Shown here one piece after another: positions 47,157 through 56,658 of a stretch of DNA of 64,000 nucleotides. The stretch spans positions 186,001-250,000 of the IMG/VR virus record IMGVR_UViG_3300034104_003795. One strand, given 5' to 3'. The number at the start of each line of letters is the position of its first letter. Within the stretch, counting starts at the first letter, position 1. The notes below the pieces were generated by a model. It did no database searches and was not told the origin of the DNA. It saw only the letters and a list, made by a program, of their open reading frames with translations. The position numbers and the translations under genes were made by a program.

Positions 47157-48476
47157 TTAGAAAAGATAAATATAAGATGGGTGTTTATCATCTTTTAGTT
47201 TTTGACGGATTCTTTCATCCGAACACCCAAAATGTTCTCCGGCCTCTTTAAGAGAGCAGAATTGAATTCCTTCACACTCAATTATTGGAAGGTGTATTTT
47301 TATTTTTGAACGTAATTGTAATTCGTTCATTTCATCGTAACTGATATCATTACGTTCAACTTTTTTCCAATGACGATATACTGGATTATTTGATTCAAAG
47401 TAGTTTCTAGCTTCTGATTCTGATATTCCTAATTTATCCGCCACCTGTTTTGGGTTCTCAAAAGGAACTCCATCTATTTCGTATTTAATTGTTGGATTAG
47501 TTTCTTCACCAATGATTTGCCAATCTTTGTATTTTGATTTAGTAGAACGGCATCTTCTTTCAACTTCACTTGCCACCAATTCATTTGGATTAATATCAAT
47601 CGCAGCTTCTCTAAAACTTCTATAAGATTTACCATCAACCACACATTTAAACGTATCACCGTTTACAATAGATTCGGTTGCAATATCAGGATTGCCTTTT
47701 ACGAATACCAATATGTTTTGATGAACCGATGCCACTTTGCGATTTCTTTCAAAGTATGTATCAACAACTCTTGATGCTTGGTGTTGTGAATTAAATAGAA
47801 TCATATCGTTGTAGAAATGTAATCCAGCTTCTTCACAAGCTCTAATCGTTTTCCAGACCAAACCTTTATACTTTCCAATCTTATAATTTCCTGTGGTTGA
47901 TTGTTCTCTTACTTCCGATACAACTACTGCAAAGAAACGATTATCTTTTAGTTTTTCTGCAGCTTTTCTTAAAATGGAATAATATTTTTTATCAAACGAA
48001 TCCTCATCCATATTTGAAAGGTCAGCCGGATTATCGGTATATTTCTCTAAATCATAATAAGGTGGACAAGTAAACACAAAATCCTGAGTTTTGTTTTGTA
48101 TTGAATCGATTACCCATTCACTATCGCCTTGTATCCAATTTGGTTTTGTAGATTGTTTTTTGTTTGCTTCAATTTGTTCATCAGAAAGGTCTATACCGTT
48201 ATAGATGTATCCCATTTCAGTTGCAACTATACCTCTAACACTACCACCTGCAAATGGGTCCAATACTCTACCTTCCTCTGGACAAAACCATTCATACATC
48301 TTTTCACAAAGTGTAGCATCAAATATGGAAACGGTATTATCTTCCCAAAAACGGGCTCTACTTTGGGTATTTTCCCTACCCAATTCTGATTGGATATTGT
48401 AGGTGTTAATCCACCATCTTTTACGTTCTTGCCATTCTTTAGAACGAGTATCTAAAATAGAGAAAGGTTTAATCAT
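47157..48476 (-). CDS. DNA amino-methyltransferase (N6-A/N4-C type) fused to three NUMOD1-like HTH modules
   Basis: Motif I LDPFAGGS and motif IV FTCPPYY. C-terminal CVVDGKSYRSFREAA, YEIDGVPFENPKQVADKLGI, IECEGIQFCSLKEAGEHFG. Start moved from 48491 to the ATG at 48476 because the track's extension overlaps the promoter. Confidence 0.85.
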   Translation of the reverse strand: MIKPFSILDTRSKEWQERKRWWINTYNIQSELGRENTQSRARFWEDNTVSIFDATLCEKMYEWFCPEEGRVLDPFAGGSVRGIVATEMGYIYNGIDLSDEQIEANKKQSTKPNWIQGDSEWVIDSIQNKTQDFVFTCPPYYDLEKYTDNPADLSNMDEDSFDKKYYSILRKAAEKLKDNRFFAVVVSEVREQSTTGNYKIGKYKGLVWKTIRACEEAGLHFYNDMILFNSQHQASRVVDTYFERNRKVASVHQNILVFVKGNPDIATESIVNGDTFKCVVDGKSYRSFREAAIDINPNELVASEVERRCRSTKSKYKDWQIIGEETNPTIKYEIDGVPFENPKQVADKLGISESEARNYFESNNPVYRHWKKVERNDISYDEMNELQLRSKIKIHLPIIECEGIQFCSLKEAGEHFGCSDERIRQKLKDDKHPSYIYLF

Positions 48477-48480
48477 AACA

Positions 48481-48512
48481 CAAATATACAAAAAAAGTTT
48501 GGAATTACCAAA
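48481..48512 (-). promoter_or_regulatory. Bacteroidota-type primary-sigma promoter
   Basis: Coding strand TTTG-N20-TATATTTG-TGTT-ATG matches the established -33 TTTG / -7 TAnnTTTG consensus with 19-21-nt spacing. Confidence 0.75.
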
Positions 48513-48516
48513 CTTT
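48490..48516 (-). terminator. Hairpin plus T run overlapping the -33 element (probable terminator of the upstream late transcript)
   Basis: AAAGTTTGG-taatt-CCAAACTTT followed by TTTT on the minus strand, 12 nt after the stop codon of 48529..49443. Confidence 0.6.
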
Positions 48517-48528
48517 CTTTATACTTTT

Positions 48529-49443
48529 TTATTCGAAATCAGGACTTTGTTCTACGTCCTTATATAAATTATCAATATATTTTCTTTCTATATCTGCCAA
48601 ATTTCTTCTATACATTTCCAATTGATTAGTTCCCTTTTTCAAAAGTGGCATCATAGCTTCCTTTTTCTTTGGGTTCTTTTCAGCAAAGTATTTAGCACCC
48701 ATAGCTCTTTGTGCATCTTCTAATTCTCTAACTTTCTTTTGTACTGCTAAGTATTTTACATACATTTTAGGTACACCACCATATAAACCAGCTTCATTTA
48801 CTACTCCTTCCGGTACACAATTTGGAACTTGTCTACCACCCTTATTTTTCATACCAACTTGCTTATATCCTTTCCAACAAGGTGAATCTTCTTTTATTGA
48901 CTCACTTTTAACAACTTTTCCTTTTTGTTTAAAAAGTTGTTTAATATCATCTTGCGCATTTGGGTCATTTTTTCTCCACTTTTTAATTAAATCAAATAAT
49001 TTTCTTTCATCAGAACTATTCAATGGAGCAAGTTTACCTTTACCACTTCCCAATGCCATACCATTTTTGTACCAATATTCAAAATCTTTTACGTCATCAA
49101 ATAACCAAGTTGGTAAAACTCTTATATTAAATGATTCTTTTATTGAACCTTCGTTTGTTCCGTATTCGTGGTAGTTTCCAGCTGCTTGAGAAATATAGTT
49201 TTCTGCTTTAGAGATATGGTCTTGAATCCAAGCTGGTATTTCTTTTTCATTCTCACCCATTTTAGCTTTCAATTCAGTTGCCATCTTAATAATGGTATCT
49301 AATTGATTTTGTCCCATAGAAACTTCGTGGTCTTCACCTTCAGCTTCTTTAATGAATGCAGTTGCAAATGGATTAGAAATTACTTTACCCATTTCAAATT
49401 TACCAAATGCTTTTTGATTTACTAATCCACCTAACTTAATCAT
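48529..49443 (-). CDS. Modular internal head protein (304 aa)
   Basis: ORF track; DHEVSMGQNQL...AWIQDHISKAENYI and PCWKGYKQVGMKNKGGRQVPNCVP modules separated by IKE/VNE sites; lies in the head cluster. Confidence 0.7.
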   Translation of the reverse strand: MIKLGGLVNQKAFGKFEMGKVISNPFATAFIKEAEGEDHEVSMGQNQLDTIIKMATELKAKMGENEKEIPAWIQDHISKAENYISQAAGNYHEYGTNEGSIKESFNIRVLPTWLFDDVKDFEYWYKNGMALGSGKGKLAPLNSSDERKLFDLIKKWRKNDPNAQDDIKQLFKQKGKVVKSESIKEDSPCWKGYKQVGMKNKGGRQVPNCVPEGVVNEAGLYGGVPKMYVKYLAVQKKVRELEDAQRAMGAKYFAEKNPKKKEAMMPLLKKGTNQLEMYRRNLADIERKYIDNLYKDVEQSPDFE

Positions 49444-49445
49444 AA

Positions 49446-50003
49446 TTATTTCTTTTTCATTGCAAGTCTTTCTCTCATTACATCAGTTGGGATATCAGAG
49501 ATTTCATAGTAACGATTTAAGATGTGACCCATATCTTCATATAAAGCATGTAATCTTTCATCCATTGCTTTTGCTTCAACAGAGAACTTATCAAATTGCT
49601 TACCCAACTTATCCAACTCACTCATATTTCTTTTTACAGTTTGAGCATCAAACCAATCGTTAGCTTCTCTTAAAGATAATTCTTTTGCAGCTTCAACAAT
49701 TGCTCCTAATGTTTCTGAAACTTCAGTCATATCTGAATTTCGTTTCATTTGGTCTTGGAAAGTATTGTATGTAGATATAATTTCTAAAAAGTGTTTTTTA
49801 ACTTCTAAAGATAATTTTCTATCAGGTTGTTCTAAATTCTCCTTAATAGAAAATTTACCATCCTTAATCTTTACTTCGTTAATTGCAGTTTTACGGATAT
49901 CATTGTATCCTTTAGCTATTTTATTTACCCCTTTAGGTTGTTCCACATTCAACTTAAATTTGTTGTTGTGTACATAATCATATATGTCGAAATTCTTGCT
50001 CAT
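49446..50003 (-). CDS. Conserved hypothetical head-module protein (185 aa, helical)
   Basis: ORF track; directly downstream of the prohead protease. Confidence 0.75.
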   Translation of the reverse strand: MSKNFDIYDYVHNNKFKLNVEQPKGVNKIAKGYNDIRKTAINEVKIKDGKFSIKENLEQPDRKLSLEVKKHFLEIISTYNTFQDQMKRNSDMTEVSETLGAIVEAAKELSLREANDWFDAQTVKRNMSELDKLGKQFDKFSVEAKAMDERLHALYEDMGHILNRYYEISDIPTDVMRERLAMKKK

Positions 50004-50004
50004 C

Positions 50005-50598
50005 TTATGCTATTTCAGTTATTATTTCTCTCATTAGGTCTTGTGCCTTGCAGTATTCTCCACAAACATCAGTACCAATATTTTTTAGTGGATTTACGGA
50101 TTCGTTCATTGGGACCATAAATGCACCATGTGTAGATGGGTTAGAAACAAAATCCCAACCAATCAATTCAAAGTCTTCTTGTACTTCCACTTTATTTCCA
50201 CTCATAGGTCTAGTTGAACCCATACCTCTTGAAGAAATACCTAATAGAATTCCAGCTTTTAATAACTCTTTAAGAATGTTACCAGATGGAGTTCCTAATA
50301 TTTCAACAGTCCCACAAAGGTCATCACCTTCCCACCAAATTTCTCTGATGTTATGTGATACGTTCTTTAAGTTGATAACCGTTGAATCTGGATGGTCTAA
50401 TTCACCCAATGCTCTACGTTCTTTAATAAACGTTAAATATTTTTTTGCTTCTCTTTCAAGAATTGGTTTTGGATACACTCTACCATTTTGGTTCTCGGCA
50501 CCAGCTCTTTGTAGAACTCCTTTTACCAAAGTTCTTCCACCTTCATCTTCTTTTATTTTACCTTCAAATAGGTGTGTTTCTATTAATAATGATTTCAT
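50005..50598 (-). CDS. gp21: Prohead core protease, T4 gp21-like
   Basis: GVLQRAGAENQNGRVYP...ALGELDHP...VSHNI...GISSRGMGS...WDFVSNPSTHGAF. Confidence 0.93.
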   Translation of the reverse strand: MKSLLIETHLFEGKIKEDEGGRTLVKGVLQRAGAENQNGRVYPKPILEREAKKYLTFIKERRALGELDHPDSTVINLKNVSHNIREIWWEGDDLCGTVEILGTPSGNILKELLKAGILLGISSRGMGSTRPMSGNKVEVQEDFELIGWDFVSNPSTHGAFMVPMNESVNPLKNIGTDVCGEYCKAQDLMREIITEIA

Positions 50599-50607
50599 TC
50601 TATCTTA

Positions 50608-51276
50608 TTATTTTACCGATTCCATTTTACTTCTAATCTTATTAGTAATACTACCTAATTGAGATTTATCAATACCCAACCCATCAACTACTTGTGCTAC
50701 TAATTGTAATTTTTGAGTTGAACTTAATTTAGCATCTTTAATTTTATCAATAGCCATTCCCAATCTTTGTTTAACAGATGATGGTATTGTTGCTTTTGGC
50801 AATTCAGCTGCTATATCTTCGTTAGTTTTACCAGCTCTTAAATCTGCTAAATCATCTCCTTCGATATCACCATCCTTATCAACATCTAATTTATGTTGGT
50901 CACCTTTTAATGCTTCAGTTTTTTCACCTCTACCATTCCAAGCAGAATCAACTTTATTAAAGAATGCTTTCTTTTCATCATCTGTCATATCATTAATACC
51001 CTTCCCAGCTTTTTCTAAAGCTTTTTTGAAGAATGCTTGATAATCTGCTTCTTCTACCATCACTTCTTTTACAAGTTCTTTTAATCTTTCTCTTGATATT
51101 GTTTCTTTGTGCATAGGTAATCCTTTGTGTTTTGTAGATGCATAATCTTTAGCATCTTTCTTTTTCATTGAATCTGCTGCTTTTTCAACTTCTTTAGATG
51201 GTGCTTCCATGTCTCCTTTTTGTAATGCATGGACCATACCCATAAATTTTTGTTGTGCTTTTGATACTGCTGGCAT
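50608..51276 (-). CDS. Head-module protein with a DUF3008-like N-terminus and an EF-hand-like loop (222 aa)
   Basis: MPAVSKAQQKFMGMV...DYASTKHKGLP; DVDKDGDIEGDD. Confidence 0.7.
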   Translation of the reverse strand: MPAVSKAQQKFMGMVHALQKGDMEAPSKEVEKAADSMKKKDAKDYASTKHKGLPMHKETISRERLKELVKEVMVEEADYQAFFKKALEKAGKGINDMTDDEKKAFFNKVDSAWNGRGEKTEALKGDQHKLDVDKDGDIEGDDLADLRAGKTNEDIAAELPKATIPSSVKQRLGMAIDKIKDAKLSSTQKLQLVAQVVDGLGIDKSQLGSITNKIRSKMESVK

Positions 51277-51277
51277 C

Positions 51278-51841
51278 TTATAAAGTTCTTAATTTTTCAG
51301 TTATTCCCATTAACCTTTCTCTGATTTTATATAAAGATGCATTTGTTCTTTTCCAGTAATCTTCTTTCTTAAGTCCATTTTCAGTCTTAATTTTAGAATA
51401 CCAATTAACAAACTTCTCTATTTCAGAAAGTTGTTTGTGTATATTAGAAACTCCTCTACCAACTTTTGCTCTTGGTGAGGATTCTTCTCTTTTTAATTCT
51501 AACCATCTATTTTCCGCAACAATCATTCCACTAATATCTGCAACTTTTGCCGTATCAACTTCTTTTGCAGCGGTTGGTTTCATTGGTAATGCTTCATCTT
51601 TACTAGCTGGCACATCACCCAACGCCCAATCCTTTTCACCTTCTTCTAAATTATCAACTACGGTTCCACCGGTTACTTTTGCTAATCTATTATTTTTCTT
51701 TGCAGTTTGTCCAGGTTTAGCAAATGCAGCAGGAGTATTATATCCTGCAACGTTTCCGGTTACACTCATTTCATCCAATGTTCTTTGAATGTTTCTTTCT
51801 CTAACGTATTTACGAATAGCTTCTTTTAATCTTGCTTCCAT
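51278..51841 (-). CDS. Hypothetical head-module protein (187 aa)
   Basis: ORF track; TAATG overlap with the upstream gene; DEMSVTGNVAGYNTPAAF motif. Confidence 0.75.
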   Translation of the reverse strand: MEARLKEAIRKYVRERNIQRTLDEMSVTGNVAGYNTPAAFAKPGQTAKKNNRLAKVTGGTVVDNLEEGEKDWALGDVPASKDEALPMKPTAAKEVDTAKVADISGMIVAENRWLELKREESSPRAKVGRGVSNIHKQLSEIEKFVNWYSKIKTENGLKKEDYWKRTNASLYKIRERLMGITEKLRTL

Positions 51842-52710
51842 TATTTTACTTTAGATTTAAGTTCCTTAATTAGCTCATAAGAAAGCATAATAGATGAAAC
51901 TTGTCCATCAGATACACTTTTTCCAATTTTCATTTTTTCTAAAACGGAAATAGTTTCTGATAATTTAATTTGTGTAACTTTATCTTTTAGTTTTGATTTA
52001 ATGCTATTTAATTCTGCAATTATATTTGGTAATTCTTTTCCAACATAATCTACGAATTTGGTAGTATTTGAGATGTTGTTTATATATTCTTTCAACAAAT
52101 TCTTTTGAGAATTATCTAAATTTGTATATTTTTTGTTGAAAGTTTCTACTAGAATCTTATAGGTAAGTAATCGTAGGTCTTTGTCTTGTTGTTTATAGGT
52201 TTCAATCAACTTCTTATCTTCGGTTGGTTGAGTTTTTAAAGCAGGTTTTGAGGTAATGTTTTCAATTAGGGTAATTTTAGAATTAAAGATATCTTTAATA
52301 TCATATCCTTCTGCTCTTTTAGATTCAAATACTTTATAGATAGATGCTAGTACTTTATAGTTAGAAATAGGGGATGATAGGAATTGTTCAATTTCAAATT
52401 TTGCCGAAATTTCTTTAATAAGGTTAAATTTTTCTTTAGAAAGTGTATTTTGGTTCAATTTAGCATGTGCATCACATACCGTTTCTACCAATCTATCTGC
52501 TTTTGTTTCAGAACTATATTTTTCCTTTAATAGTATATCATAAAGACGTAGTTCTTTATTTAACTCCGTATTTGGAGCAAAGAACTCTTTTACGATTTTT
52601 TTAGCGTTTTCGGTCTTATCGCCATTAAGAACTTCCAATGTTATTTGTCTTACTAAAAGCTCAAATAACACTCCAGTATTCTTAAACTTGGAATGTTTAA
52701 TTTTTTTCAT
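51841..52710 (-). CDS. Conserved hypothetical head-module protein (289 aa)
   Basis: MKKIKHSKFKNTGVLFELLVRQIT...; directly follows the portal gene. Confidence 0.78.
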   Translation of the reverse strand: MKKIKHSKFKNTGVLFELLVRQITLEVLNGDKTENAKKIVKEFFAPNTELNKELRLYDILLKEKYSSETKADRLVETVCDAHAKLNQNTLSKEKFNLIKEISAKFEIEQFLSSPISNYKVLASIYKVFESKRAEGYDIKDIFNSKITLIENITSKPALKTQPTEDKKLIETYKQQDKDLRLLTYKILVETFNKKYTNLDNSQKNLLKEYINNISNTTKFVDYVGKELPNIIAELNSIKSKLKDKVTQIKLSETISVLEKMKIGKSVSDGQVSSIMLSYELIKELKSKVK

Positions 52711-52750
52711 TTACTTACCCTATATTTGTTCTACCCTATAAACTAACACA

Positions 52751-52759
52751 TATAAATAT
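52751..52759 (-). promoter_or_regulatory. Late-promoter-type motif
   Basis: TATAAATAT on + in the gap between portal and the 289-aa gene. Confidence 0.62.
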
Positions 52760-52776
52760 AAACAAATTAATGTTTA

Positions 52777-54552
52777 TTAAATTTTTGTATCATCTAATAG
52801 GTTTTTTTCATCAAGCATACCCGATTTTTCATTTAAAACCGTCTTTTTTGATGAAATTCCGTTTATATATTCTCTTGCTAACTTCTTAGCGTTTGTATTT
52901 AAATATCTATCATCTCGTTTTCTCTCCTTATGATTCTCCTTATCTCCCAATGGGTCTCTGCCGTATGGGTGTTTATCTTTACCATAAGTGTTTCCTTCTC
53001 TAGGTCTACCCACATTTCTATTCAATTCAATTTCAGTTTTTAACTTTTGAATTTCTTCTTCTACATTTTGTTGTTCTGGTGGATTTGCTGGGTCCTGTCC
53101 TTGTTGTTCAATTGAACTATGTCTGAATCTATCTTTAAGGTCTAAAATTACTTTAGCTCTTTCCATATCAATTTCATCTTGAGATAATCCAAAGATATTA
53201 TGGTATGCCCAATCAGATGATAACATATTAAGTGCTTTTGCATCAGATGCTAATCTAACCTTCTCACTCCATAAGTTTACTTTTTCTTGCTCATAGATTG
53301 TAGAAGCGTTTGTCAAACTTAATTCAAAGTTTGTCATTTCAGAATCTTCTATACCATTTGATGCCAAGTGAACTACTGCAATTTTTGCTAATTCACTAAC
53401 AACCGTTCTTTGAATTCTTTCAATAGTTCTTGCAAAACGAACATCTTCTGCAGCCAATGTAGCTTTACCATTCACATTCTCATCATAAGATAAGTACGCT
53501 TTTGGTACTCTCAAAGCTGCAAATAATTTATGTTTTAAATAATCAATATCTTCAATTGCTGCATAATCTAATCCAGCTAAATTATCAATATTAGTACCAC
53601 TATCACTACCACGTACAGGTAGGAAGAAATCTTCGGTAAGGTTTTGGATATTATATTTTAAGTTGTAATCTCCGGTGTTCTTATCAACAAATGGAGTTTT
53701 CTTCATTTTATTGATAATTTTTTGCATATAGTTATCTACTTCCTGTGGTGGGATATTACCTATATCAATTTTGAACACTCTTTTTTCAGGTGCTCTCATA
53801 ATACGATGAATTAACATCGCATCTTCCATAAGTGATAATTGTTTCCAAATTCTTCTTGCACCCTCAATCATTGATTTACCATAAGGAAGGAAGTTAGTAT
53901 CTGATAACATTCTAAAGTGAGCCATCTCATATTGCTCATATTCCTTCTTGCCAAATCTATCCAATTCAATCTTATATTTTACATAATCAGGATTGTTTGG
54001 GTCAGTACCTTCTAATCTTTCTACATTATATGTTGAGTGAGGTGCTACGTTGATAATACCTTTACCAGGTAGGATTTCTAATGCCAAAAAAGCATCACCA
54101 TATTTTACTAAATTTCTAATCCAAGGCCATAAGTTAAACTCCACATTCATTATATCATAGAATAAATTGTGAAGCATTTCTCTTACATTCTCATTTGTGG
54201 ATTTAATTTGAAGTACATCACCATATTCATTTTTAGTTGTACTTTCATCCGCATATATATCTAAAGCAGAACCAATGATTGGGTCCATATCCATAGCATC
54301 ATAATCTCTAAAAAGTTCTCTACGAACTTGATGATATGCCATTGATTGAGCACCCTGATGAGTTTCAAAATAAGACCTTTGTAACTTCGTATATCTATCT
54401 CTTAAATTTACAAAGTTTGTATTTGATTGACGGTCTTCAATATCAACCACTCTACGTTTACCATCTTTATCAACGGTTACGATTGCATTGGTTGAAAATA
54501 GTTTTTTTAGTCTCCCAAAGAAACTCCTATCGTCTTGAAATTGTTCTGCCAT
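52777..54552 (-). CDS. gp20: Portal protein, T4 gp20-like
   Basis: ALDIYADE...IRNLVKYGDAF...PYGKSMIEGARRIWKQL.LMEDAMLIHRIMRAPEKRVFKIDIGN...EDFFLPVRG...LFAALRVP...EDVRFARTIERIQ. Confidence 0.95.
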   Translation of the reverse strand: MAEQFQDDRSFFGRLKKLFSTNAIVTVDKDGKRRVVDIEDRQSNTNFVNLRDRYTKLQRSYFETHQGAQSMAYHQVRRELFRDYDAMDMDPIIGSALDIYADESTTKNEYGDVLQIKSTNENVREMLHNLFYDIMNVEFNLWPWIRNLVKYGDAFLALEILPGKGIINVAPHSTYNVERLEGTDPNNPDYVKYKIELDRFGKKEYEQYEMAHFRMLSDTNFLPYGKSMIEGARRIWKQLSLMEDAMLIHRIMRAPEKRVFKIDIGNIPPQEVDNYMQKIINKMKKTPFVDKNTGDYNLKYNIQNLTEDFFLPVRGSDSGTNIDNLAGLDYAAIEDIDYLKHKLFAALRVPKAYLSYDENVNGKATLAAEDVRFARTIERIQRTVVSELAKIAVVHLASNGIEDSEMTNFELSLTNASTIYEQEKVNLWSEKVRLASDAKALNMLSSDWAYHNIFGLSQDEIDMERAKVILDLKDRFRHSSIEQQGQDPANPPEQQNVEEEIQKLKTEIELNRNVGRPREGNTYGKDKHPYGRDPLGDKENHKERKRDDRYLNTNAKKLAREYINGISSKKTVLNEKSGMLDEKNLLDDTKI

Positions 54553-54560
54553 AATTTATT

Positions 54561-54998
54561 TTACCATTTTCTACAAGACCAATATCTTGCTTTTGTTCTT
54601 GGACCGGGATTATCACAATTGTGTCTTGCTCTAAAATTAGCCCTTCTACCAGGATTATTTTTCTTAATTTTTACCCCTTTCTGTCCAAAGTTTACTTTAA
54701 TAACTTTACCAGTTTTAGGATTTTTAACATATACCTTAAACTTTTTCACATCACCTGCCATTGGTTTACCCAATTTCACTTCTCTACCTTGATATTCGGC
54801 TTCAAAAACACAACTACAATTAGCTTCATCTAATGATTGTGAATATGCTTTAAGATAATTGATAAAATCATCCATATCTTCTTGCTCTACATCCAATTCA
54901 TCATAATCATCAATTGGATTATCAGCCGGTTGGTCTCCTTTTGAATATGCTTTATCTACATATTCATCTTCTTTTAGGATATTTGTTAATTTAATCAT
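54561..54998 (-). CDS. Head-module protein: acidic N-half, basic Cys-containing C-domain (145 aa)
   Basis: EAEYQGREVKLGKPM...KVNFG...RRANFRARHNCD...KARYWSCRKW; AAGGAG upstream of the ATG. Confidence 0.75.
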   Translation of the reverse strand: MIKLTNILKEDEYVDKAYSKGDQPADNPIDDYDELDVEQEDMDDFINYLKAYSQSLDEANCSCVFEAEYQGREVKLGKPMAGDVKKFKVYVKNPKTGKVIKVNFGQKGVKIKKNNPGRRANFRARHNCDNPGPRTKARYWSCRKW

Positions 54999-55029
54999 TT
55001 TGGTCTCCTTTTTCTATTTTGACATATAT

Positions 55030-55038
55030 CATAAATAT
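55030..55038 (-). promoter_or_regulatory. Variant late motif flanked by an 8-bp inverted repeat
   Basis: CATAAATAT on +, lying between TTTTGACA (55017-55024) and TGTCAAAA (55046-55053). Confidence 0.45.
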
Positions 55039-55062
55039 CTGAAATTGTCAAAACCCTACAAT

Positions 55063-56658
55063 TTATAACCATTGTGATAAATCCTCAAAATCATCACCAA
55101 TTTTCATCTTCCAAGGATTATCATCTCTATCGGATGGTCCATAAACACCAGCATGCTGCATATTCGATGAAATACCACCCAAAGTTCTCTTTGTAAGGTC
55201 AATACCTTCTTGTCTTAAACGAAGTGCAGTATCCCTTACCCACAATCCAATTGATAATGCCATCGTAAGGTCATCGTTATAACCCTTCATAGCTTCTGCT
55301 CTACCATTAATGAATATAAAAGTAAATAATTCATCAATTAAACGATTAGAACGGATTGTTACCGATTTTTCTCTAAAATATTCATCTAATTTAGAAATAA
55401 TTAAAGGTCTAGTTTTAGATGTTGTTGAAAACCCAGCTACCATTTGCCTCTCATCTGCTCTATATTTATTTTTCATTTGGTGTTCAACATCCACATATTT
55501 TAAATCCTTACTCATATAGAATAAGTTTTTATAATCTCTATCTATACATTGTTGAATACACGCCCAACCAATATTTGAGTTTTCTATTACTAATAAAGCA
55601 TCATTATATTCAGTTGATAAGTTTACTAAAAAGTTTCCAAAATCTTTTGTTTCAATTTTACCTTTGTATTCTGCAACCTGTGTTGCATTTAGTACATCTA
55701 TTACGTGACATCCAGAAAAGTCAGCACCATCTCCTCTAGCAACGTCCGCTACTACCATATAAGAGCCGTTTGTAGTTGGATATTCCCATCTCCAAAGATT
55801 GCCATCAAATCCGGTTTTTTCAATTGGATTTTGACAATATGTTTCTTTATAGAACATTAATAATTCTGGATCAATTACAGTATCACCCGAAGATACGAAG
55901 TCACAATCACATTCTTGGGCTGCTTTTTTAGCACCCAATAATCTTTGTTGTTCATCTCTCCAACTCTGGTCTCTTTCAGGATGTACTGTCCAATGTAATC
56001 GTATTGTATTAAATGGATTTGTTCCTTCTTCAGCATCTAACCAAGTTTTGTGGAACCAGTTACCCACACCATTAGGAGTAGAAAGTGCAATACAACTACC
56101 ACCCGTTGATAAGGTTGATTGTGCCGCTACCCAAATCTCATCAATATCATCAATAAACGCAGCCTCATCAAATATAAGTAAAGATAGAGCTTCAGAACGT
56201 CCTGCATCAGGTGAACTCGCAATCGCTTTAATTTGAGAACCATTATTTAAACGAAGGGAAAGTTTGTTATCTTCCAAAGAACCACCCTTTAACCAACTTG
56301 GTAATAAATCGTGCATTACCCTTACTTTAGTTACTAGGTTCTTTGCTACATCTTGTTTTGTTGCAATTACCAACACATTGAAATCGGTATTGAATATCAT
56401 CTTCCAAAGTGCATATCCAGCTGAAAGTGTTGAGATACCAGTTTGACGTGATTTCAATACTATATTAAATCGGTTATCTTTAAATTGTGTTAGAGTTTGT
56501 TCCTGAAATGGGAAAAGGTGAAAAGGTATCTTACCTCTCACCGGATGCTGAATCATACAATACTTTTTCATAAAGTGAATCGGGTCTACCGCACACTTTT
56601 TGTATTCATCTGCTATTATATCCTTCAGGGATTTCTTTTGTGTAATTCCAGTACTCAT
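55063..56658 (-). CDS. terL: Terminase large subunit, T4 gp17-like
   Basis: Walker A VLKSRQTGIST, Walker B LLIFDEAAF, coupling motif LSTPNG, nuclease VVADVARG...NDDLTMA. Confidence 0.96.
   Translation of the reverse strand: MSTGITQKKSLKDIIADEYKKCAVDPIHFMKKYCMIQHPVRGKIPFHLFPFQEQTLTQFKDNRFNIVLKSRQTGISTLSAGYALWKMIFNTDFNVLVIATKQDVAKNLVTKVRVMHDLLPSWLKGGSLEDNKLSLRLNNGSQIKAIASSPDAGRSEALSLLIFDEAAFIDDIDEIWVAAQSTLSTGGSCIALSTPNGVGNWFHKTWLDAEEGTNPFNTIRLHWTVHPERDQSWRDEQQRLLGAKKAAQECDCDFVSSGDTVIDPELLMFYKETYCQNPIEKTGFDGNLWRWEYPTTNGSYMVVADVARGDGADFSGCHVIDVLNATQVAEYKGKIETKDFGNFLVNLSTEYNDALLVIENSNIGWACIQQCIDRDYKNLFYMSKDLKYVDVEHQMKNKYRADERQMVAGFSTTSKTRPLIISKLDEYFREKSVTIRSNRLIDELFTFIFINGRAEAMKGYNDDLTMALSIGLWVRDTALRLRQEGIDLTKRTLGGISSNMQHAGVYGPSDRDDNPWKMKIGDDFEDLSQWL

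Noticed and set aside
44158-56658. Introns or inteins in terminase, portal or capsid genes
   Set aside because: Lengths and motif order are normal; no splice-junction or homing-endonuclease motifs were seen.
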